Source of the DNA: Naegleria gruberi
Lineage: Eukaryota
Strand: one strand, 5' to 3'
Assembly: GCA_000004985.1 (NCBI GenBank)
Contig: GG738852.1
Length of the DNA stretch: 64,000 nt
A program made the translations under genes and the position numbers. The notes below the pieces were generated by a model. The model was not told the DNA's origin, searched no databases, and saw nothing but the letters and a program-made list of their open reading frames with translations. Below, piece by piece: positions 1-9,247 of this stretch. Within the stretch, counting starts at the first letter, position 1; every line of letters begins with the position of its first letter.

Positions 1-285
1 TTGTTACCAGCTGATATTTCTGCTGAAAATGTTACTGTTCAACACTTGTTGGATGCAATGGCAAAGGAAATTGATTTTTCAGAAATTACAGCACTAGGTG
101 TTGGTAAACAAAAGAAGGCAGCAAATGAAACAGTATATATTGTTGTGGAATGGCCAAGCGCTTCTCACTTTTTGAAAAATGTTAATGCTGACACTAGAGA
201 TTTCCATATAACTTTAGGATTTAAGGATACAGATATTCATGGAGTTGCAAAAAATAGAATGACATTAGTAAAAAAATCAGAATAA
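1..285 (+). CDS. 3' end of a gene that starts upstream of the window (C-terminal 94 aa, stop TAA at 283-285). Hypothetical protein. The 'FHITLGF' segment resembles an HxT-type 2H-phosphoesterase motif.
   Basis: Open frame running in from the window edge and ending in TAA. The track's leading M is a TTG codon, not a true start. Composition looks protein-like. The motif call is weak. Confidence 0.4.
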   Translation: MLPADISAENVTVQHLLDAMAKEIDFSEITALGVGKQKKAANETVYIVVEWPSASHFLKNVNADTRDFHITLGFKDTDIHGVAKNRMTLVKKSE

Positions 286-286
286 T

Positions 287-2026
287 TTAATATTGAGGAG
301 CATAGGTGTTTGATTTTTGCATTTGACTTGGTCTTGAATTGTCGTCATCGTGTCTCTTTCGTTTGTTCTTATCATTTGATCGTGAACCAGAGTGTTTGGA
401 AGTTTGAGTATTTGGTAATCTCCATTCTTGTAAACATTGATCTCTAATCTTGTTTTGCTTTTCTTGTATTTCCAAATATTTATCTTCAACAGCATTCTTA
501 ATTCTTTGGAGTGAATTGATTTGAGATTTGGCAATCACAGTATTTGTATCACTCAAATACTTGTTAAACATTTCATCCTTCTCAATGACATTGCAATCGA
601 CCAATGATTTGATATTTTCACGGTTGGATAATCTAATATTAACGTCAAACAGATAATTTACAATTTGTGGTTGACGTTTTCTTAATCCCTTACAAATGAC
701 GTATCTTTCAGAGTTGGCAGGTCTAGATGAGAGTGGCTTTACAATCATTACTTTTTCATAATTTTGGTAAAGAATGTACATGAGAGAGGCAGAGAACCAA
801 GTATTCAAGTCAAACAATTTACAAACAAAAGAACCACCTCTTCTAGTAATCATCAATCCTGTCAAAATTTGACATAATACCAATTGATGAGTGAGGTATT
901 CTTGAGAATTTTCAACACCATGAACAGAGAAACCACCATCTGCAGTTACAAGAGCAACACCTCTTCCATTAGTTCCTTGGTCAATAGCCTTACTTAGAGC
1001 ACGAATATTTTCATTCTTAGTTATATCACCTGTTCCATCTTCACCATAGTTGACTTCAAAATTGTCATGAGGTGATTCTGGATTGAATCTATTTAATTTC
1101 CAGTCATCTTTCTTATTTTTCAAAGTAAATCCCCAACCCTTAGCTTTATCTGTCTTGAATCTATAATAGAGGTATTCTGTAAAACCTCCAGGTCCAGCAC
1201 AAATATCTGCAAAATAGAGAATACCATTTTCTTCAGGTAATCTGACAAGAGTTGTCAAGTCAGAAATTCTATCAATATTTGCCAATTTAATGGCAGCTCT
1301 ATTTTGGAAAATAGATCTACCAATTCTTTCATATGGATTCGATCTATATCTAGCATCAGTAAATATTTTTTCATCTACAGAATCGAATTGTGATTTCAAA
1401 TCAAAAATTTGTTGAACTTGTTGAACATTAACAAACGGAGATAAATTTCCTTCAACATATTTTTGTCCATTATTATTCATTGAAGCTGATAAATCCAATG
1501 TTGTATTATCAGGTCTTACAATGGAAAACTCTGGTGCATTTTCACTTAATGGTTCAATACAAGTCATCCACGATACATCTTCCTTGTATGGATAATCTGT
1601 CATATCAGGGTCATGTGTTTGAATAGTAAAATGTTCAGGAAGATTTGATGAATAATGAGCAGAAGTATTTGATCCTAAACCTGCTCTTCCTTGTTGTTGT
1701 TGTAATTCAATAGCACTTGCACTTCCTTGATTATTCTTTCCTAAACCTTCTCCAACTTTAAAACCCATCTTTTCCATCATCATCAATACTTTTTGTGAAG
1801 CATTCTTCTTGACCATACTAGTAAATGGATTAGAAATGTGTGATTTTGCAGAAACACGTTCAAAATCAGGATCGTTAGAAAATATATCATGATGATAATT
1901 AGATTCTTCTCCGGAATTATCATACATGGAATTATCTTCTTCTTGATGATCATCATCGTCCTCATCATTGTCGACAAGAGGATTAGAACGTGATGGTGCA
2001 TACATTGATTGCATTGGATCAAACAT
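287..2026 (-). CDS. CMTR1: Cap-specific mRNA (nucleoside-2'-O)-methyltransferase 1-like protein: N-terminal acidic region, G-patch, FtsJ/RrmJ methyltransferase domain
   Basis: Real ATG at 2024-2026 and TAA stop. G-patch 'MMEKMGFKVGEGLGKNNQGSASAI'. RrmJ-type fold with the K-D-K triad context 'NRAAIKLANID', 'VTADGG', 'FVCKLFD' and SAM-site 'ADICAGPGGF'. Single exon. Confidence 0.8.
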   Translation of the reverse strand: MFDPMQSMYAPSRSNPLVDNDEDDDDHQEEDNSMYDNSGEESNYHHDIFSNDPDFERVSAKSHISNPFTSMVKKNASQKVLMMMEKMGFKVGEGLGKNNQGSASAIELQQQQGRAGLGSNTSAHYSSNLPEHFTIQTHDPDMTDYPYKEDVSWMTCIEPLSENAPEFSIVRPDNTTLDLSASMNNNGQKYVEGNLSPFVNVQQVQQIFDLKSQFDSVDEKIFTDARYRSNPYERIGRSIFQNRAAIKLANIDRISDLTTLVRLPEENGILYFADICAGPGGFTEYLYYRFKTDKAKGWGFTLKNKKDDWKLNRFNPESPHDNFEVNYGEDGTGDITKNENIRALSKAIDQGTNGRGVALVTADGGFSVHGVENSQEYLTHQLVLCQILTGLMITRRGGSFVCKLFDLNTWFSASLMYILYQNYEKVMIVKPLSSRPANSERYVICKGLRKRQPQIVNYLFDVNIRLSNRENIKSLVDCNVIEKDEMFNKYLSDTNTVIAKSQINSLQRIKNAVEDKYLEIQEKQNKIRDQCLQEWRLPNTQTSKHSGSRSNDKNKRKRHDDDNSRPSQMQKSNTYAPQY

Positions 2027-2383
2027 TTTTTTGTTGTTGGTTTTATTTTAAGTTTTTTTGTTTTGCCTTTGTTACAACCACACAAGGTCAATGAATGGAG
2101 TGAATTAATTCAAGGGTCATTCAAAAGAATAATCATGTAGCTACAGAAACTACTAGATAAAGAGCCATTGTCGGTTCAAATAATCATATTCCTATCAAAC
2201 CCACTCAGAGTGGTTGAGTCTGTACTCGGTCAGATACCTTTGAAGATGAAGGGTTCAATCAACTTGTTCCCTTAACTGAATCAACACTAACGTTCATTGC
2301 AAAAGAATTATCGGGAATGTTTGAACACCTTAATCTCTGCTTAGAAATGGAAAAATTCGCAGAAAAAATACCTTATTTTCATC

Positions 2384-3814
2384 ATGAGTGAATTGACGAA
2401 ACTCTTTGAGGATGAGAACTTGAAGAAGAACATTTCATCCCTCCTTTTCTTTATGAGTGAAGTCGAGAAGATAGTAGAAAATCCCACTAGTTATGACCTT
2501 CATATCGCTCTGTATATGGGTGTTGAAAAATTGAAAGATTTTCGATTAAGAACCAAACAGTATAAATTCTGGAAATTCGAGAATGTTATTCCTTTGGATG
2601 TCTATACTGTTACTTCGAAGGAGTGTATTTTAGATGCAAAGCTAACTAAGAATGTTATTTGTACAGAATTGATGGAAGAAGAAAGTGAGAAAGCCAGGGC
2701 TGAGCTCTTGCAAAATGAAGACAGCAAGCAAAAGAACTCGGGCAAAAATAAGAAGAATTCACTTACTAGCAAGGAAAGGAAGAAAACAAGTTCAACAGAC
2801 AACTCAAAGTTAGCTACTCCAGAAAGAAGAGAAGATGTCTCAAAGGAATCAAGGTCTAACTCCAAAGAGAAAAAGGAAAAAGAGTGTTCGAAACCAAATG
2901 TCTCAACAACAATTGTTCCAGTGAGAGAGAATGAAAGTATTCCCAAAACCGACAGTGTTAGAAAGGAAATAACAGGGTCTTTACATACCAATGAACAAGA
3001 AGGTAATCCTTTACCTCTTGCTACAACTTCCATTGATACTCAACTAATATTAAAAGTCATGAATAGAAGATTTGATGCTATTGAAGGAGAATTTGGTGCC
3101 TTCAAAACTGGGTTTGATGAATTAGAAAAAAGATTTGGTGCTTTAGAAGAAAGATTTGGTGTTTTAGAAGAAAGATTTGATGTATTAGAAGAAAGATTTG
3201 ATGTATTAGAAGAAAAATTTGATGTATTAGAAAAAAGATTTGATACAATGGAAAATAGAATCTCTTCTGCAATTGGTATGCTTTATGAAATGAGTTTAGA
3301 GCAGATGTTAAAAGATGAAGGCTTTGAGGTCGAATGCAACGTTGTTTATGACGAGAAAAAATTTGGCCCTCAATTTGACAAGTTAAAGAAAGCCAAGACT
3401 TTAAAAAATACCTGGAATAATTGTTTGCGCAATTTAGAACAACAAAAGAGAATTTCTACAACTCAAAGGTATTCCCTTTCTTTCTACTCTCCATCAATTG
3501 AGTTTAACTTTATTGTTAGAGATAATGAAAGAGTTACAACCCTAGTTGTTGAGGCATCCACTAACAACTTGACAGGAAATGCTCTTATTGTTAAGATGCT
3601 CCAATTGGAACGACAAGTAAGATTCTTCCAGGCTTGTAATTGTAATAATTTAGATTACGTAGCATTTATATCCCCAAGCTTGTTTACTAACACAAATGCT
3701 GAAATGTCAAAACTAATAACTGAGTTTCCAGGAGTATTTGAGAATTTAAAAAACTACAAAGCAAAAGGCAGGCTGTTCTTCAACAGAAAAGGAGCAAGGC
3801 TAAAAATTGAATAA
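2384..3814 (+). CDS. Hypothetical Lys/Ser-rich protein with a central coiled-coil built from tandem heptads (RFDVLEE) and a conserved-looking C-terminal globular region
   Basis: ATG at 2384, TAA stop. Long uninterrupted ORF. Internal 21-nt tandem repeat array (3067-3256). Confidence 0.7.
   Translation: MSELTKLFEDENLKKNISSLLFFMSEVEKIVENPTSYDLHIALYMGVEKLKDFRLRTKQYKFWKFENVIPLDVYTVTSKECILDAKLTKNVICTELMEEESEKARAELLQNEDSKQKNSGKNKKNSLTSKERKKTSSTDNSKLATPERREDVSKESRSNSKEKKEKECSKPNVSTTIVPVRENESIPKTDSVRKEITGSLHTNEQEGNPLPLATTSIDTQLILKVMNRRFDAIEGEFGAFKTGFDELEKRFGALEERFGVLEERFDVLEERFDVLEEKFDVLEKRFDTMENRISSAIGMLYEMSLEQMLKDEGFEVECNVVYDEKKFGPQFDKLKKAKTLKNTWNNCLRNLEQQKRISTTQRYSLSFYSPSIEFNFIVRDNERVTTLVVEASTNNLTGNALIVKMLQLERQVRFFQACNCNNLDYVAFISPSLFTNTNAEMSKLITEFPGVFENLKNYKAKGRLFFNRKGARLKIE
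3067..3256 (+). repeat. Nine tandem copies of a 21-nt unit (consensus agatttgatgtattagaagaa) encoding heptads R/K-F-D/G-x-L-E-E/K. Copies 3131-3235 are near-perfect.
   Basis: Direct reading of the sequence. Units stay in frame with the CDS 2384..3814. Confidence 0.85.
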
Positions 3815-3931
3815 GCTAAAATTTAGATTTATTTAGTTTATTTTTGGTAAATTATGAAAGAAATTGGATTAAGGATAAAGATCAAAATTATACAATAAAC
3901 TTAGAATTTCTTATGCTTTTTAACAAATGGT
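3775..3931. repeat. Copy 1 of a ~157-bp diverged direct repeat (its partner is 5337-5494). It contains the true 3' end of gene 2384..3814 ('...FFNRKGARLKIE*') and, on the minus strand, a relic copy of the helicase C-terminus ('...PFVKKHKKF*').
   Basis: By-eye alignment to 5337-5494 at roughly 85% identity. The 40-nt core acaataaacttagaatttcttatgctttttaacaaatgg is identical in both copies. Confidence 0.75.
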
Positions 3932-4003
3932 GATTAAATGAATTGATTGTTAGCAGAATAAGAGTAAACTTATTGGATTAGATGTTTCAGATCTTCCAAG
4001 AAA

Positions 4004-5245
4004 TTAATATTGTGCATCTTGGTTTTGAACATTTATGGGCTTAGTATTAAATTCTAACAATTGCTTATTTACAACCAAGAGTGTCTTCTCTACAAGTTCT
4101 CTTAATTCTTTAATTTCAAGTTCTACTATTTGCTTTGCGTCATTGAGATATGCTAGAGAGGCTTCATACTGATTTGAGGTGAAGAACAAGGATCTATTAT
4201 TTCTCACTGTATGAATAATTGCATAGCAATATAAATAAATGAACTTTGCACACCTTGTCGTGTGGCAACTAATCTCTAAATTACTACCATTTTTCAAACA
4301 ATCAACATGAATTCCATGAAAATACCCAGTTTTTTCCTTACTCAACAAACTCTCAGAAATGTTACTATACTGATCATCTCCAGGAAGCGATAGTATTTCT
4401 CCTTCCTCAACAAATCTAACCATACTTCCAGAAAGGCCAACTGTTGCACAGCCATGTTGCTGTTTTCCTGTATTCGAGAGAGTTGTTTCTCCAAAAGAGG
4501 CTATCATTTCACTATGACCAGACAATACACCTTGGAGCTTACTAGACACTTCACTGATTACAGCTTCCTTCTCATCTTCAATCAATACAACTTCTCCATT
4601 TTCCATAATTCTTTTGACAACACTTTCAGTAACAAACAAGTCCATGACACAAGAAGGTACACCTCCAATTACAGCACAATTATATGGACATGTTGCAAGT
4701 TTCTTTGGCAACTTGGGCACAACAATGTTTCCTACCAATTCAGGAGGCACACAAACCAGTGCTAAATCAACCTGCGAATACTCCTTATTTAAATCTCTTG
4801 TTTCACGAGTGAGTATTTGCCTAGACCTGAACAAACCAGTTTGAAAGTCAACTTTTTGTGCTCTTCCAACAATATGATCAGCTGATAAACCAAAGCAAGT
4901 AGTGATAAAGTTAACATTTCCTTCTAAATCTCCAGCTATTCGAGCAGTTGTTCCAATATAGGCTGTAAAATCAAAGCTAGACTTTACATGTACAAGTGTA
5001 TTATCATTTCTATTCTCAAGCATAATAGGTGTTCGGGAAACTGTTGAAACTCTGGGAAGCAGAAGAGTAAGATTTTCTTCCCACGAAGGAGGTTTGCTAG
5101 ATACCAAACCAGAGTCATCCACTAGGATTGATAGTCTTGAGAGCTTGGATACCTTTGGAACTATTGGAGTCTCTGATTTGAATTTAACAAGAATACCTTC
5201 TTTTGTTCTTGTAGCCTTTCTTGGGGGTTTTTTGAGTGAGGTCAT
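4004..5245 (-). CDS. Hypothetical intronless 413-aa protein. It has a possible chymotrypsin-fold (S1-like) peptidase signature: His 'LSADHIVG', Asp 'VDLALVCV', Ser 'GLSGSMV'.
   Basis: ATG at 5243-5245 and a TAA stop. The ORF is uninterrupted. Both ~157-bp direct repeat copies (R1 3775-3931, R2 5337-5494) lie downstream of its 3' end and upstream of its 5' end respectively. The peptidase assignment rests on motif order and spacing only. Confidence 0.6.
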   Translation of the reverse strand: MTSLKKPPRKATRTKEGILVKFKSETPIVPKVSKLSRLSILVDDSGLVSSKPPSWEENLTLLLPRVSTVSRTPIMLENRNDNTLVHVKSSFDFTAYIGTTARIAGDLEGNVNFITTCFGLSADHIVGRAQKVDFQTGLFRSRQILTRETRDLNKEYSQVDLALVCVPPELVGNIVVPKLPKKLATCPYNCAVIGGVPSCVMDLFVTESVVKRIMENGEVVLIEDEKEAVISEVSSKLQGVLSGHSEMIASFGETTLSNTGKQQHGCATVGLSGSMVRFVEEGEILSLPGDDQYSNISESLLSKEKTGYFHGIHVDCLKNGSNLEISCHTTRCAKFIYLYCYAIIHTVRNNRSLFFTSNQYEASLAYLNDAKQIVELEIKELRELVEKTLLVVNKQLLEFNTKPINVQNQDAQY

Positions 5246-5336
5246 GAAGAATTTTTTTTAGCTTATTCGATACTTGATTAAAATATCATCAGCATCTCTT
5301 AATAAAACAAAATGATTTTAAAAACAAAACACAAGT

Positions 5337-5494
5337 TGTTCTTCAATAGAAAAGGAACAATATCAAAAATTGAATAAGATTAATTTAGATTTAATTTAGT
5401 TTGTTTTTTTGGTAAATTGGGAAGGAGATTGGATTAAGGAATGATCAAAATTATACAATAAACTTAGAATTTCTTATGCTTTTTAACAAATGGT
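5337..5494. repeat. Copy 2 of the ~157-bp direct repeat. It contains a decayed copy of the 2384..3814 C-terminus ('FFNRKGTISKIE*', 5340-5378, + strand) and the true C-terminus and stop of the DEAD-box helicase (5464-5494, - strand).
   Basis: Alignment with 3775-3931 (see that entry). Confidence 0.75.
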
Positions 5495-7437
5495 TTGCTT
5501 TCACCACCATTGTTATCATTATTCCATGACGATGATCCACCATTGTTATTATCATTATTCCAGTTATTATTGTAACCACCACGGCCACCACCTCTACCAC
5601 CACGACCTCCTCTGAAGCCACCTCTTCCGCCTCTTCCACCTCTACCACCACGACCTCCTCTAAAGTCATCCTTTTCAGTATTGGCATCTAAGAATTCCAT
5701 CAAGCCTCTCTTCTTTGGATTGGCATCTTCAGTGGATTCTTCTTGATTCGATTCTTCTGCTTGTGGAGTTTCTTCTTCCTTATTAAATCTGTTGAATTTC
5801 TTATCGTTATTGAATGATGGTTTGTTGTCATTGTACTTGTCAAAGTTCTTCTTGAAACCACCTCCATTATTATTATTTTGGAAGCCACCTCTGCTCTTCA
5901 AACCAAATGATGATTTCAAACCTTCTTCATCAAAATCATTCATCTTGAAACCCAACTTTCTAGCAAACATATTGAAAACACTACCATAAGTATTAACAAG
6001 TTTGAAAGCATCTCTATTCAATTGATTATTTTGGACAATTGAACAAACTTCTCTTTGAATTTCATCCAATTCTCTATCAGTAACCTTATTATCAAGTTCA
6101 CCAAGCTTTTCCCAATCTTTTTCATCTTCCTTATCACTATTCAACATCATGTTAAAGTATTGGAGAGCAACTTCCTTTTCTCTTGGAGTCAAGAAGAGAA
6201 CTGAGAGACCCTTCTTACCAGCTCTAGCAGTTCTACCTGCTCTGTGGAAATAATCGGCAGGTTGTTCTGGAATATCAAATTGAACAATCAAATCGACATT
6301 AGGGAAATCGAGACCTCTGGCAGCAACGTTAGTAGCAACCAAAATACCAGGATTTCTATCTTCCATAAATTGGAAGAAAATTTCACTTCTCTTTTCTTGT
6401 GTCATATTTCCGCTCAATTGAACAACATTTCCAACTCCTGATGCATTTTGTAAAACAGTTGTTGCAAATTCTACTGACAATTTTGTACTGACGAAAGTAA
6501 TAATCTTCTTATCTACATTATTTCTCAAAACTGAAACGAGAGCAGCCATCTTTTTATCATTTGGAACTTCATAATATCTTTGTTCCAAAGTAGAAACTCT
6601 CTTTGAACCTCCATTATCAAGACCAAGTTTCATAATATCATTCTTTAAAGAAATATGAGCCAAATCATCAACCTTATCAGTCATTGTGGCAGAGAAGAGA
6701 TAGGTTTGACGTTGTTTTGGTAATTGCATAACAATCTTTTTCAAAGTTTCTTCAAAACCAGAATCCAACAAACGATCAGCTTCATCCAAAATAAAGAATT
6801 TAAGATGAGTGCAATCAAGACTTTCTCTTTGAATGTGATCCAAACATTTACCTGGTGAGGCAATTAAAACTCTAACAGTTGGATCAGCTAATTGAGCTTG
6901 TTCAACAGAAACCTTGTTACCTCCGATAACACAAGCAGCCTTATAATTAGTATGTTTTAACAACTTGTCAGCAACAGTTTGAATTTGCAAAGCCAATTCT
7001 CTTGTTGGAGCCAAAACCATAATATAAATACCATGAACATTCTTTTCATTTTCCATCATACAGGACAATGATGGAACCAAGAAGGCAAGAGTTTTACCTT
7101 GACCTGTAGCTGCTTGAGCAATAATATCCTTTCCCTTACCCTTTTCTCCGAGAGCATTTGGAATTGTTAAATGTTGGATAGCAGTCATGTATTCAAATCC
7201 GAACTCCTTCTTTAAAGATTTTAATAATTGTGGATGAATTCCTTCGACTTCTTCAAATTTCATTTTAGAAGCAACAGCATTACCTTCGGCATCTTCAGTG
7301 ACTGGAAGCACGATAGTTTCAACAGATTGCTTCTTTCTGAGTTGAACATTTTCAGAAGCATCAAGTGTTGAGACGTTACCACTGGCATCCTTCAATGTCT
7401 TGGTACCATTCTTGTTAAATTTGATGTGAGCAGGCAT
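5464..7437 (-). CDS. DEAD-box ATP-dependent RNA helicase with a C-terminal Asn-rich/RGG-repeat tail (nucleolar rRNA-processing type)
   Basis: ATG at 7435-7437. Walker A 'AQAATGQGKTLAF'. 'PTRELA', 'DEAD' (LDEADRLL), 'SAT', 'ARGLDFPNVDLIVQFD', 'HRAGRTARAG'. Tail (RGG)n 'GRGGRGGRGGRGGFRGGRGGRGGGRGG'. Confidence 0.9.
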   Translation of the reverse strand: MPAHIKFNKNGTKTLKDASGNVSTLDASENVQLRKKQSVETIVLPVTEDAEGNAVASKMKFEEVEGIHPQLLKSLKKEFGFEYMTAIQHLTIPNALGEKGKGKDIIAQAATGQGKTLAFLVPSLSCMMENEKNVHGIYIMVLAPTRELALQIQTVADKLLKHTNYKAACVIGGNKVSVEQAQLADPTVRVLIASPGKCLDHIQRESLDCTHLKFFILDEADRLLDSGFEETLKKIVMQLPKQRQTYLFSATMTDKVDDLAHISLKNDIMKLGLDNGGSKRVSTLEQRYYEVPNDKKMAALVSVLRNNVDKKIITFVSTKLSVEFATTVLQNASGVGNVVQLSGNMTQEKRSEIFFQFMEDRNPGILVATNVAARGLDFPNVDLIVQFDIPEQPADYFHRAGRTARAGKKGLSVLFLTPREKEVALQYFNMMLNSDKEDEKDWEKLGELDNKVTDRELDEIQREVCSIVQNNQLNRDAFKLVNTYGSVFNMFARKLGFKMNDFDEEGLKSSFGLKSRGGFQNNNNGGGFKKNFDKYNDNKPSFNNDKKFNRFNKEEETPQAEESNQEESTEDANPKKRGLMEFLDANTEKDDFRGGRGGRGGRGGRGGFRGGRGGRGGGRGGYNNNWNNDNNNGGSSSWNNDNNGGESKPFVKKHKKF

Positions 7438-7583
7438 GTTTAGGTTGCTGTTTTTTTTTCAAAGCAAAATGTTCAACAATTTTGTTGTTTGAATTTTTGA
7501 CCTCATTGATCGTCTTGTTAAATATTCAAATCATAACTCATATTGATATTCTATTGTTACGACTTTTGTTGTGGGGTAAATGA

Positions 7584-8576
7584 TTAATATCTTCTTTTAT
7601 TGTGAGGAGGTTGATAATTACTGTTATTGTTATAATACCTCTTTTGGGCTCCTCCACTATTGTTATTAGAATAATTACGATTATTGCTAGTATTGGAATA
7701 GGAATTATTAGAATGTTCATTTGATCCCCCAACATTTCGTCTAGATTCTCTGGATTCTTCATTGGAACGTTGCTGTTTGTTTTTTCTAATGGTATTCTCA
7801 ATGTCACTCAATCCAACCAGTGAAGATGAATTATCATTGAGAACATTGAGATAAACTGCCTTTGGTCGTTTGTACATTTCCTTAATGTGTTTTTCAACAA
7901 ATTCCAATTCATCTCTTGTTGTATTGAATAAGAGCCACCAAGCAGGATTCTCAGGTAAGACTCGGGAATGTTCCTTTGCTGACATGTAAACAGCTCCACA
8001 AGCAATCACTTGAGGTTTTGCACTCAGACTTAAAACAGAACATCTCAAAGCATCATTACAATAATTCCAAGCAGTTTGTGTTAAATCCTCATGTCCTTCA
8101 AGGATGTGCATGACAAACAAAATGTATTGATGAGGCAATTCAATATTATAGAATGTAAATCCTAATTCAATGAGAATGTATCTCTCCGTTCTTATTAAAT
8201 GTGATTTTAAAAGTTCCACAATATCTGGTGAAATGTAATACAATTCCGGATAGATAATATCGATAAAAACTTGTAAAAAGTGAAAAATTGATCGGTGTGT
8301 TTCTTGAATTTTACAACTAATAAAAAGACTAGCCATAGCAACATGTCTCACACAAAATTCCTTCATTGACTTTTTCATATAAAATCGATGAAAAATTATT
8401 TGTGCATGAGAAATGGTTGTTTGAGGTAATTCCAACAATATTCCGGCATCTTGAATTAGTTGGCATGCATATAACTGCAAATTGGTTTCATCATTTTCCG
8501 AGAGTTGATCTTTCCGTGATGGAGTTTCATTTTTAATAAATTCGAGAGGGATAAGTGGTGGAGAGGTGTCTTTCAT
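7584..8576 (-). CDS. Transcription-type cyclin of the cyclin L/K family, with an Arg/Ser/Asn-rich C-terminal tail
   Basis: ATG at 8574-8576. Cyclin box 'ISHAQIIFHRFYMKKSMKEFCVRHVAMASLFISCKIQE' plus a second cyclin fold. The RS-like tail fits cyclin L. Confidence 0.75.
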   Translation of the reverse strand: MKDTSPPLIPLEFIKNETPSRKDQLSENDETNLQLYACQLIQDAGILLELPQTTISHAQIIFHRFYMKKSMKEFCVRHVAMASLFISCKIQETHRSIFHFLQVFIDIIYPELYYISPDIVELLKSHLIRTERYILIELGFTFYNIELPHQYILFVMHILEGHEDLTQTAWNYCNDALRCSVLSLSAKPQVIACGAVYMSAKEHSRVLPENPAWWLLFNTTRDELEFVEKHIKEMYKRPKAVYLNVLNDNSSSLVGLSDIENTIRKNKQQRSNEESRESRRNVGGSNEHSNNSYSNTSNNRNYSNNNSGGAQKRYYNNNSNYQPPHNKRRY

Positions 8577-8695
8577 TTTTTTTTAATCAAATATGTTTTT
8601 ATTTTATCAAAATTATATGTGTTGGCCATAGATTAATACTAGTTTTTTTGAATTGAGTACTCTTTCATCAGTTTAAAAGCTTGATGGAAGCTCAA

Positions 8696-9247
8696 TTAAT
8701 TTAATTCCAATTCTACAAGGCAAAGAGCAATGAATCTATTGGAATCCACATTGAATAAATCTGAAACATGACACAAATCTCTTGATGTGTATCCTCGTTG
8801 TTCTTTTCCTTCAAATTTCAACTTTTTCACAATTCTCAAGGTAAGGTAAAATTCTCCTAATTCAGTGTCATCCTCCTCGTTAAGGATTTTTATTAGAATA
8901 GCCACAAACTTTGCTTTCTTTCCCATATTCTTTCCAATATTCTTGTATTTGAGATTGAGTTGTTTCTGTTGTTTGATGGCTGTTCCAACAGATTTGCAAG
9001 ATTTAGTCGATAGTTTTTGTAGAACATTAACAGGTAATCCTTCTGGAATGATAGGTCCTCGATCACTGACTTGCTCATCACAACAACAACAACTGTATGC
9101 ACCATGATAGTGCAATCGAAAATGAGAAATTTCAATAATGAGTGTATTCATTCGCAAATTGTGGAAAGGTGTAGCAAAGGTAACTGTGAGAGTGGTATTA
9201 ATTCCTGATATGTTGAATATCTTTGTCTGAGTGTTTGAGCTGCTCAT
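8696..9247 (-). CDS. Hypothetical 183-aa protein (CCCC cluster, C-terminal winged-helix-like region)
   Basis: ATG at 9245-9247. Clean ORF transcribed divergently from TFIIA-gamma. No family recognised. Confidence 0.5.
   Translation of the reverse strand: MSSSNTQTKIFNISGINTTLTVTFATPFHNLRMNTLIIEISHFRLHYHGAYSCCCCDEQVSDRGPIIPEGLPVNVLQKLSTKSCKSVGTAIKQQKQLNLKYKNIGKNMGKKAKFVAILIKILNEEDDTELGEFYLTLRIVKKLKFEGKEQRGYTSRDLCHVSDLFNVDSNRFIALCLVELELN

Noticed and set aside
2079-2383. Possible tRNA or snoRNA genes in intergenic spacers (2079-2383, 9248-9799, 30600-31357, 62300-63130)
   Set aside because: No GTTCGAATC-type T-loop with a matching acceptor stem and no convincing C/D-box (RUGAUGA...CUGA) pairs were found by eye. 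A few 'ggttcaaat' or 'ctga' strings occur without the complementary stems.
2602-3033. Many 60-160-aa ORFs antisense to or overlapping long genes (for example 2602-3033, 4454-4844, 27915-28325, 28950-29750, 30101-30433, 47045-47431, 57789-58140, 60330-60764)
   Set aside because: They lie inside and opposite to well-supported conserved CDSs. Their translations are low-complexity mirror images (S/L/F-rich) of the sense strand. Several begin at non-ATG codons that the track writes as M.
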